This document shows, in pieces, positions 35,201 to 47,200 of a stretch of DNA of 64,000 bases. The position numbers and the translations under genes were made by a program. The stretch spans positions 16,182,001-16,246,000 of the forward strand of contig NW_026262637.1 in NCBI RefSeq assembly GCF_021869535.1. Reading direction: 5' to 3'. Under the pieces are notes generated by a model. That model saw only the letters and a list, made by a program, of their open reading frames with translations. It had not been told where the DNA came from and made no database searches. The stretch is from Mytilus californianus. Lineage: Eukaryota. How positions within the stretch are numbered: the first letter of the stretch is position 1; each line of letters opens with the position of its first letter.

Positions 35201-38200
35201 TTCCCCTTAAACTGACCTATCACAAACTAATACATGAAAACTAAGCAAAAGTTTCAAAGTCAATAGACCATGAATGAGGGGGCGGGGCCAAATAATCTCC
35301 ATGGAAATGAGATATGCCAATGCTTATTCAACTACATACCAAATATCATTGACCTACCACTAGTGGTTCCCTATAAACTGACCTAATCACAAACTAATAC
35401 ATGTAAACTAAGCAAAGTTTCAGAGTCAATAGACCTTGACTGAGGGGGCGGGGCCAAATAATCTCCATGGTAATGAGATGTGCCAATGCTAATACAACTG
35501 CATACCAAATATCATTGACCTACCACTAGTGGTACAGCATAAACTAGACCTAATCACAAACTAATACATTGTTTAAACTGCCATTGCCGACGCCGCCGGA
35601 AACAGCATACCTATGTCTCGCTTTTTGACTCCGTCAAGGCGAGACAAAAACAGCAGTTTTTTTTTAATCAGGCAATCAACATAAACTGTATGTACATAGC
35701 TGCAGCTGGGTTTAATGACATATCATATTAATCAAATTCTAAACAAACAGTATTACTGTGGATCCAAGAAGGATTTAGACTTAACAATTAAATTCCTGAA
35801 AATATCTTCAACATACTTGCATTGTGGACTAAAGGTACCTTGTTAATGAATGAAGAAAGAGTGAAATTTTTACTGTTGTAATTGTTGCATGCTAAAGTTA
35901 ATCTGTACAAATTTCTATATAAGAAAATATTTTGTATTGTTAATTTACAAAAATTTAAACTTTATTTTATTACAAAAAGAAATGATTTACTTCAACATAC
36001 TAATTTGAACATGCAGTCATTAAAATGACATTATTTCATTATAAGTTATTTCAGCTCTGAAATGCACTTAGAGCATAACATAATTCATTTCAACTGTCAT
36101 TGTAGACAAAAGGATATTTATTCTTGTTTTTTAGCTTATCTTGACATCTAGCTAGGTCAAGTCTGGTACCCTCACTCAATTGTGACCATCCCTCTTGGTG
36201 GTAGCTCTTCACAGCCTCCGATAAATAATTCTCAGCTTTCTCTGGATGACCCATTCTCCTATGAATTAAAACCAGATGTCATTTATGTTTATTCTGATAT
36301 AAGTAATTATCAATAATTAACATGCTGACAGATTTCATTTCAGAATTGGAAAGTTTGTCTGAAATTAACTGTGTAATTTAAAAGAAAATAATGTTACACT
36401 ACATATTGTATTCTATACTTTTTAAAAATAAAAATTTCCTTACAATTTCTTGAAAAGTTTTATCAATGACTTCCCTTACAAAAATTGCATATTCTGGACA
36501 ACTTCCTTGTCAATACTGTTGTAATTTATGTATACAGAAATTTTGCAGTGTTTTATGGTGGCTATGTGAATATTATGGATTTTTTTTGTTGGATGGTTGA
36601 ACCAAATTTATCAAATTATGTAGCTCTTATGTTAATGAACTTCTTTAAGATATACAATATTTTTGAAAGGGTCTGTCTTGAAGCTGAGAAGAGAGATGTA
36701 ACACTTTCTAAATACAAAAGCTCTAGTGGTGACTTTCCTTATCAGCATATCTGTAAACTAATATTTGGGTCTTTCCATCCTTGATCCAACCACTTTATTA
36801 GACTGATCTCTGATTGAATGTTTATGTATTACAGAAATTTATTCCCTGACTGGGTATTTTTTTACAACAAATTTATGAGTGAAATTACATAGCATTCACA
36901 GAAACTGAAATATCAATTTAATAAAAATTGTTAATTTCATCAGAAATGCGTATTAACTTCCTGTAAGAACTTACATATAAAACAAAGCTAAATCTTTTGT
37001 TATAAGACGAGCACATCTGTATCTTACTGAGAGAACTTACATATAAAACAAAGCTAAATCTTTTGTTATAAGACGAGCACATCTGTATCTTACTGAGAGA
37101 ACTTACATATAAAACAAAGCTAAATCTTTTGTTATAAGACGAGCACATCTGTATCTTACTGTGAGAACTTACATATAAAACAAAGCTAAATCTTTTGTGA
37201 TAAGATGAGCACATCTGTAACTTCCTGTGAGAACTAACATATAAAACAAAGCTAAATCTTTTGTTATAAGACGAGCACATCTGTATCTTCCTGTGAGAAC
37301 TTACATATAAAACAAAGCTAAATCTTTTGTTATAAGACAAGCACACCTGTATCTTACTGTGAGAACTTACATATAAAACAAAGCTACATCTTTTGTTATA
37401 AGACGAGCACATCTGTATCTTACTGTGACAACTTACATATAAAACAAAGCTACATCTTTTGTTATAAGACGAGCACATCTGTAACTTCCTGTGAGAACTT
37501 ACATATAAAACAAAGCTAAATCTTTTGTTGTAAGACGAGCACATCTGTATCTTACTGTGAGAACTTACATATAAAACAAAGCTAGATCTTTTGTTATAAA
37601 ACGAGCACATCTGTATCTTACTGTGAGAACTTACATATAAAACAAAGCTAAATCTTTTGTTATAAGACGAGCACATCTGTATCTTACTGTGAGAACTTAC
37701 ATATAAAACAAAGCTAAATCTTTTGTTATAAGACGAGCACATCTGTATCTTACTGTGAGAACTTACATATAAAACAAAGCTAAATCTTTTGTTGTAAGAC
37801 GGGCACATCTGTATCTTACTGTGAGAACTTACATATAAAACAAAGCTAGATCTTTTGTTATAAGACGAGCACATCTGTATCTTACTGTGAGAACTTACAT
37901 ATAAAACAAAGCTAAATCTTTTGTTATAAGACGAGCACATCTGTAACTTCCTGTGAGAACTTACATATAAAACAAAGCTAAATCTTTTGTTATAAGACGA
38001 GCACATCTGTATCTTACTGTGAGAACTTACATATAAAACAAAGCTACATCTTTTGTTATAAGACGAGCACATCTGTATCTTACTGTGAGAACTTACATAT
38101 AAAACAAAGCTAAATCTTTTGTTATAAGACGAGCACATCTGTAACTTCCTGTGAGAACTTACATATAAAACAAAGCTAAATCTTTTGTTATAAGACGAGC

Positions 38201-41200
38201 ACATCTGTATCTTACTGTGAGAACTTACATATAAAACAAAGCTACATTTTTTTTTTTTTTTGTTATAAGACGAGCACATCTGTATCTTACTGAGAGAACT
38301 TACATATAAAACAAAGCTAAATCTTTTGTTATTAGACGAGCACATCTTTATCTTACTGAGAGAACTTACATATAAAACAAAGCTAAATCTTTTGTTATAA
38401 GATGAGCACATCTGTATCTTCCTGTGAGAACTTACATATAAAACAAAGCTACATCTTTTGTTATAAGACGAGCACATCTGTATCTTACTGTGAGAACTTA
38501 CATATAAAACAAAGCTAGATCTTTTGTTATAAGACGAGCACATCTGTATCTTACTGTGAGAACTTACATATAAAACAAAGCTAAATCTTTTGTTATAAGA
38601 CGAGCACATCTGTATCTTCCAATATGTTTAAATGTTCCCATAGCTTGCTCTAACAGCTCCTGTAATAAGTACAACAAATATCTTATTATTCTTTTTTCAA
38701 AATATCCAAAAGACACCTTATTTGTTATTTTAAAGAAAGCCCTTTGTTAATGTCAAAGTAATGGTTCTGTTAAATTTTCTTTACAACAGAAGGGAACTAC
38801 TTGATATTAGCTTTTTAACCATTTCCCGAACTTTGAGAAGATAAGACGTAATATCAGAAAGACTTTGATTGAAAATTGGATAAAACAAATACATACTTTT
38901 CTATTAAGACCATTTTATCTTTTAACTAGACAACAATGTACAAATATATTATACTTGGATTTTTTTTCGTTAAAAATATATTATGAAACATATAGTTATA
39001 TTTCCTTATGTTCTAAATTCACTATGTTCAATCGAACATAAAGCATTTATATGCTAATTCTCTCTAGATTTTTGTATAGCATACATAATTATCTTAGCAC
39101 ATTCAGATATGTATACCTTTATATGATAAAGGCATAATAGAAAACCAAATAAATAGTTAGGTACTGTTAGGCGCAATGACCATCTCGATTTTGATAACAA
39201 GATACAGAGATCACAATATCTTATCAAAACTAATTTTCAAAACAGTTCATATTTTGAATAATGGTAACCATGCACATCTATGAAAAAACGTCTCTCAATA
39301 TAAACATCACAAAATCTCAATCTGATCAACAATAAAAGACTGCAATTAAACATCTACAAAATATATACATAACATGTTAATTCTTTACATACAACTTCAA
39401 TGCATTATAACACAGAAGTCTTAATGAAAATTAGACTTCAATACTAAGCAAACATACGACAATGGTCACTGCCCAAACCTTGATAACTAAATCTCGTGCA
39501 AACTTTCTTTATATACTGACCGCCAGAACCGGTTTACAATTATTGTGAAAACACAACAGAATTAAATACATACTTCAAAAATCATACGCGAACCACACAT
39601 AAATATATTGTCTGTTCGTAACTGAGAAAACTTTATCAGACGATCACTTCAAGACTACATTAAATATTCATATGCTCTAAGTTTCTGAAAATTCTACACA
39701 CATGTTGTAAACCTATTGCAAATATTACCAAATAAATTTTCTGGAATGAGTCCTTTGATGAAAGAGCCTCCCTCAGTTTATCTCTAGGTCTTGGCTGGTT
39801 GCCTTCAATAACTAAATAAATAAAAACACTTGGGATTCCAAAATGGATATACATGTACACTATATTTGAATGAAACATTTTAATATAAATAAATTGTCTT
39901 CATTCAATATACAAGAAATGCATTGTTTATGATTTGTTGACATTGAGGTCACCAAAGTATAAATAATTTTTCGTGATAGTTAATGTAGTTTAAGATAGTA
40001 TTGTTGAACTATGAACTTTAAGCATGTGAAATATTAAAAATTTGTTTAGTTTCACTCTTTTACTTTACTGACTGTCATTTTCATGTCATATAAAAGATGT
40101 GTTCTTTTAAAATGGATGTTTATAACAGTACTAGTTCATAGATTGAGCATTTAATTCACCAAATTAAAGAATTCACTTAATTTTAGGATCCGTTTTTCCA
40201 AAATCTTTCCTTATTGTTTTTCTGACATTCAAATTTCAATCTATAAAATAAATCCCGATAAAATATACCTGCATCATTTTCTTCAGCTATTCCCATACCC
40301 GAGGTTAAGTCTAACACCATCGTCAACTGTTCAGACCTAGGCTGTACGTCATCTTCAGGCATCAAACCACATAATTCTCCCAAACTGTACAGCTATCAAA
40401 TAAAACAATATTACATTTGTTTTAATGAACTAAAATGTTTGTCTGTTTTTTCTGTCTAATCTCATGCAGTGAGAACAGAATGTTTGTTTTAAATCTGACT
40501 TTAAATTCAATATTCAAAGTGTAGCTCTATGCAAATAGATCTCTTATCTTTTTTCTAGCAATATCTCCCAGTAAAACTGTGTTTAAATAGAACTCTTTTA
40601 CTTTTTCTTATCATGATCCCACAGTAGAACTCTGTATAGAGGGGCAGAAGGACCTTTTACAGGATTCAGGATTGTGCCTTTTTTTTTTTGCGAGAATTAT
40701 TTACACTTATCAGGACTTTGGAATTAATGATTAATTTTTTCATGATCCAAGAAAGAATGCTTTCATTTTTCAGGAATTCAGGATTCAGCTTTTATTTTTT
40801 CTGAGAATTCAGATTAACACGCCCTCCTATACACCCCCCCCCCCCTCCCCCTTTATAAATTGAACAATGAATTTTTCCTAGCAATAACCAACAGTGGAGC
40901 TCTGTAAAAAAGAACTCTTACCTTTTTTCTAGCATGATCCCAAAGTGTAGCTCTGTACAAATAGAACAGCTCTGGATTGTACAAGTCCTCATATTTCTCA
41001 CAGGTCTGTAGAACTTCTAAAGCACTCACAAATGACCAACAATCTAATGCTCCAGGAATGACACTTATCTGAAAAATACAGAACAATTGGAAATGGTTTA
41101 TTTTAATATGAAATAACTTTGTGCATTATTTATCTACATTATACAAATTACATATGTGTTCCTCTCATTATAAAAATATAAAACAATTTAACAATTCAAG

Positions 41201-44200
41201 CTAGATTTGATACATCATATCTTGATTCTACAGGGCCTCATAGAATCTTTCTAAACACACACATATAAATACAATATCAGAATAATGTCAGAAAATGTTG
41301 ACTATTTTGGATGAGGCTTAGAAATTGGGGAAGGATGAGGTTAAATGAGCCCTTCAACAGTTTCCCACTGAATACAAATTGGAAACGAAAACTGTGAAAG
41401 TCAAGTTACAAACAAAGAAGGTTAGAAATTCATACCTTGAGTTTTATGACTTCTAGAACAGTGTTATACAGGAACTCCATGGCTCTCCTGGACACCTCTG
41501 ATGGCTTTCCTAGTAAGAACAACAGTGCACACTGTCTAGAGAATAAATAATTCCTAAACTCTATCAGACTAGCCTTATTGTCTTTTATTTGGTCTCGTCT
41601 GTCACGGTTGATTGCTTTCTGTAGGGAGATACCAGCCCATGATTTACACTCCAAAAAGTTGTTTGTCAGCCAAGGTACAGCAGCTGTAAAAATAAAACAA
41701 CTAAAATAACAATATGTTTATGCAATCATTTCGTCATGGGTGGTGTAGATACATATTTTTCAGTGTTTCACAGTATTGCGGAAAAATACTGTCTTAAAGT
41801 CTCTATCATATTTTGTATGGGCCAATGAGGTATGCTTTGTTAGGTCAGGTGACCTAATATTTTGTTATGGTAATAATTTTTACGCGGGTACATGAAAAAA
41901 TTGTCCAGGTGGTCATTCTAGCCGTAGACATCATAAAGTCAAAATTTCCATTTCGTAAAAATTTTTATATTGTCATAATCATGATGAGGTGCGGCATCAT
42001 TATCCAGAAACAGTTCTTGCATTGCTCTGTGACGCAGGTTTCCAAAATATGTGGTTTTTCCTGGGCGGCGAGTTTCCTTTTATGACGGGTATTCATAATA
42101 TGATATTTAACATTTGGAATATTTTTGAAAGTATATAGATATTTACTACTATAGTTGCCGGTAGTATATATATTTTTTTTGTTCACCAAGTTGTGTGTAA
42201 TTTACTTTGAATAGATACTATCATTGTGATATATGATGTTTGCATATTATGAGATTACTGTATTGTTGTGTTAGATTACATAAAATTTTATTAAATGCTG
42301 GCTCCAGTCTGTCTGCACGGCAAAATGCATATTTGAATTGAGTCTAATTTAGTTGGCCAAAATTATAGTGTAGTTAAGACCTATATTTGTTGGTTGAATT
42401 TAATACTTTTGTTCAAGGCAAAGTAGTCCTAACATCTTGAAACTATCAATTCTGAAAGGAACATCACTCAAAAAATTAAGTAGAAATCGTACTGAAAAGT
42501 ATAGCTCAACTTGAATTCCATAGTCATTGGTATTCATGATATTACCCAAGGCACACTTTTGTTCCTATCAGTAGTTTCAAGGACTGACAAAGCAGATCTT
42601 AATTTATCTTATTTGTAGGGTGTCTGTTGAAATGGATAGAAAAAACTTCACAATTGTGTGCATACAAAGTTGACAGAAGACAGTTTTCTTATCTTTTTAC
42701 AGTATATTATATTTGAATGTAAACTTACTTCCCGATACTTTAGTAATGACAAACTGACTAAATAAGGCATCTAACTCATCATATTGTATCATGGCATCAT
42801 CATACAGACCTAACATCTCAAACATGAAGGCAAGCTCCTCCTGTCAAAACATTATAATATAGATCAATATTCATAAACATGGAGAAAGAATGTAAAATAT
42901 TTAAAAAAAAAAAAAAAATAGCTCCCCAAAACATCAAAATATAGATAACAAATTTGACATCCAACTCCTCTTTGAAATCAACTAAATTATATTCTAGATC
43001 TAATAATTGTCTGAAAAATGAAGAAATACTCCTCCAAAAAGTAGAATAACCACCTACAAAAAGAGTGCATGATACGCCGGTTATGTCCATACTGAAATTG
43101 ATGTCAGAATAAAATGGAATATTTTGTTGCCAAAATGAAACATTAAGTATGCATATAATCAAAAGTCCAAATGGCTCTGTAGTTAAACTTGCATGAGGAT
43201 ATCCTTTGGTATATAGATATTGCATCAAATATGACAATTAAAAGTCCAGCAACTTTGGAACAACTGATCAGAAAATTACTGTACATAATAAATTTTGAAA
43301 TAGAACAACTTTCGAACCACTATCACTATAAACTTGACCTGGAATCTGATACCTGTATTAAAAAGAATTGTATGAATCCCCATCCAGGTTCGTTCCTTCT
43401 CTCTCTCATCAGTCTCATGTTTTCTTCATATTTAGATAAATGCCTGTTGTAAGCCTGAAGTAATAGGTTTCTCAGCCTTTGCAACAAAGCTGTCCAGCTC
43501 TCCTGACCTTTTTGTTCTTGTTTCAATGGGTCTGTGATAGAGATACATCTGTAAATAATGTAAAATGATAACATTAAAGACAATTTAAGTAGCAATCTCG
43601 ATTGAAAAATATCAAAACAATTAAAATCTAGAGTTAATTTGACTTTTTAATGAGACCTAAATTTTTGCACAAGCATTTTGCTTGTAAAACTACACTGGTG
43701 AAATGAATGTTAAATTACGTCTCAAGCTTTCTCAAGACCAATCTTAGATTTCATATTGGCTTACCAAATAAAAACTTAAATCTTATAGAATAAATACCAA
43801 ATATCAGCTGATACATGTCTATATAGTGTAAATACATATATCATACAGAATATAAAACATTGGTGTAAACAGTTTTGGTGTTATGTAAACTTAGAAACTG
43901 AGGCCTAATGAAAGTGTTTATTTCTTGTACAGATTTGTACTTTTAAATTCTAAATAGATATTTATATTTAGTTGATTTTTGCCCTAAGGTTGTAAGCATG
44001 TTTTTAATATTTCTTTGTTACACCTTTGATCTCTATTTGACAAAAGGAAAAGAACAGATATGGTGCAACTATTCAAGATGTATAAATTATCCCTAAGACC
44101 AAAAACAAAGGAACAGCACTTTAAATGCTACTCATCTAAAAACAAGGACACAGCATAAAGGAACAAAGCGTTAATTGTTATCATAAAAGCTAAATTCAGA

Positions 44201-47200
44201 TATACACTACCTATCTGGTTGTTTTCCACAGAAGTCATTTTTGACCTTGTCTATCACAGATGACCTTGGAAGCAGTTTAGTTTTAGCTTTAGAATCATCG
44301 TTACTGACAACTACTATTAGCCAATCAGGAATGTTATTGTTTTTCAGTGCAGTATGCCATTCTGTTAGTTCTTCTTTGGCTGTCTGTTTGTATGTTTCTA
44401 AATCCTAAATAAAAATTAAAAAAAACATCTTAGAGAACTAAACAACATCGTTAAAACATCTGTAAATTATTTCTACATGACAAGGGCACATTATTGTCCA
44501 TTTCAACCCATTTAGCAATCAGGGACATTACTTAAGCAAACAATTATTTTTATGTATCTATAGAAGTATTGAAGTCATAGAAAATTCATAATAATCAATT
44601 CCAGTTGAAAGATTTTTTGTGAAAAGAGCCATTTCATTCTGATAATATTAGCAGAGAAGGAATGTAAAAATTCAGTGTACTTTTGTTTTATACACACATG
44701 CTATTAAACTGTACAGAGATACACTAAAACAGATAGTATAAAAATGACAGTAAATGGTACTTGAAGGTAAAATATGACAAATATTACTACGTACAGCATC
44801 TGCCCAGAAGACATGAAAATAAGGCCTGCTGACTAATGTTTTGTCTGTTTCTTTGGGAAGTATATCTTCATCATAGGGTACAAAACTGGCTTCTATGTGT
44901 ACTGACTTTGGTGGTCTTCCATATGACCTACAAAAAATCAGAATGTTTTATAAAACATATTTCATTATCAATATTATCTTAACAAGGTAATATACATGTA
45001 TGGACAATCGATGTGAAATCTCCTATGAGTGTAATACATGATTCCAAGCACATTAAATTGTTATTCTGATGAGACTATTACTTTATAATTCTCTATGTTG
45101 ACAACTTTATATATATTTGTATTTCTCATAGTTTTCATTTATGTAGGACATTTTAATTCTTGATTTCTGGCATTCATAATATCATATCACTCATGATCAC
45201 TGTAATGACTATTAATCCTATTCATTGCTGTAATCTTTATTGGGAATAACGATTCAGTATTTAGCTGTGTAAAACACGCAGTTATATATAATACGCACCC
45301 CTTTTCATCCCTTCAAAATCGTGAGAAAAAAATGTAAACTCAGAAATTGTTGCGTGCATTTATTATTGGAATTATTGAAGAATAGACAAAATGAGAGATT
45401 AATTATTGCAATTTCAAGAAAATTGGTATACAGATATATGTATCAGATATCAGAATGCGAGTTCTTATTATTGTGATACTCACCCAGTCGCATTATTCGC
45501 AATAATAAAAACCTCGCAATAATTTCTGAATTTACAGTATTAGTCTCTAGTTTCTTGGTTAATACTGCTGCTGCATGCTGGTACACTTAAGTAACATGGA
45601 GGGTACATGTATCATCTACCCGAAAGCTATAGCCTGTTTCTGGTCACTGACATGATTTAAATACTTGTACATTGTGACTGTATATTTTTAATTTATTAAC
45701 TATGTAAATGTGTCATATCTAAGAAAGGTTGCAACTCAGGCAAAGTTGACAATAGAGTTGTTTCATTACTCACAAATTTATGTTAGGTTTTTTTGACTGC
45801 CCAAACTTTGGGCTTTTATTGTATCTGAAGGAGGATATTCCAGAAACATGTGCTGTGTGCATCAAAATGATGGGCGAAATTTGTACCAAATATTTAATAA
45901 TGTTACCATAATTATCATAGTCTTTGGTGTTTTTTACACGAGTTGAAAATGTCCTTTCTTTACAATATTACCTTCTCCATTCTGTAGTCTCCTTTGGCAA
46001 TGTTTGCACTAGAGTCGGATGTAATGATGAGAATATGGTCTGGTCACCATGACCTGGAAGAAAGAAATCTGGTAATCAGAACTTAAAAAAGTCTCAGGTC
46101 TCCATGTTCATAAAATCTCTAGCCAAATGCCAAATCACCTTAAAAAAAATCCCCATTCAACATACATGTAACCTAAAAATAAAAATTCTCTGTACACTAG
46201 TATTTCAATTACAAGACAAATGTCTGGTCATGTTGGTCACCATGAACTCAAAATAAATTATCTGGTCACCACGACTGAAAAAGTTTAATTTTCTTGTTAC
46301 AAAATAAAATTTTTGCAATTAAAGAATTTATTTAAGAATAATGACCTGAGATTGACCATATATTTGTGTAGTATGTTAAGGCAACACAGAAAACTCCATA
46401 CTACAGTTTGAAGTTTAGCTGTAGTACCTACAGTCAGGAGTACTACTTGTACAAGTTATTTTTATTTACTTGAAGAAGTAAATATTAATATACTTATATA
46501 AGTTAATTTGTAAGATCAAGAAGATACTTATACAAGTAAAATTAAAATTGAGAATGGAAATGGGGAATGTGTCAAAGAGACAACAACCCGACCAAAGAGT
46601 AGACAACAGCCGAAGGCCACCAATGGGTCTTCAATGCAGTGAGAAACTCCCGCACCCGGAGGCGTCCTTCAGCTGGCCCCTAAACAAATATGTATACTAG
46701 TTCAGTGATAATGGACGTCATACTAAACTCCAAATTATACACAATACTAAAATTAAAAATGATACAAGACTAACAAAGGCCAGAGGCTCCTGACTTGGGA
46801 CAGGCGCAAAAATGCGGCAGTGTTAAACATGTTTTTTGAGATCTCAACCCTCCTCCTATACCTCTAGCCAATGTAGAAAAAACAAACGTACAACAGTACG
46901 CACAGTAAAACTCAGTTCAAGAGAAGTCCGAGTCCGATGTCAGAATAGGAAACAAAAGAAAATAAACAAAATGACAATAATACATAAATAACAACAGACT
47001 ACTAGCAGTTACTGACATGCCTGCTCCAGACCTCAATTAAACTGATTGAAAGATTATGTCTTCATCATATGAATATCAGGCACAATCCCTCCTGTTAGGT
47101 GTTTAGTATTATACCATCATAAAATATATGAGAAGAACATAACCCGTGTCATGCCAACAACTGGTTTTAGAATAAATATGTTTAATTCCGATGCAAAGAC

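Noticed and set aside
36918-38609. 563-aa ORF of MCSSYNKRFSFVLYVSSHSKIQ repeats as a novel repeat protein
   Set aside because: It is an alternative reading frame of the 66-bp exon-end minisatellite. It starts inside TRAPPC10 exon 11, has no promoter or independent start context, and stays open only because the unit is a multiple of 3 with no stop in that frame.
36955-38619. CRISPR-like array
   Set aside because: The units are head-to-tail with no unique spacers, there are no cas genes, and the context is a eukaryotic intron.
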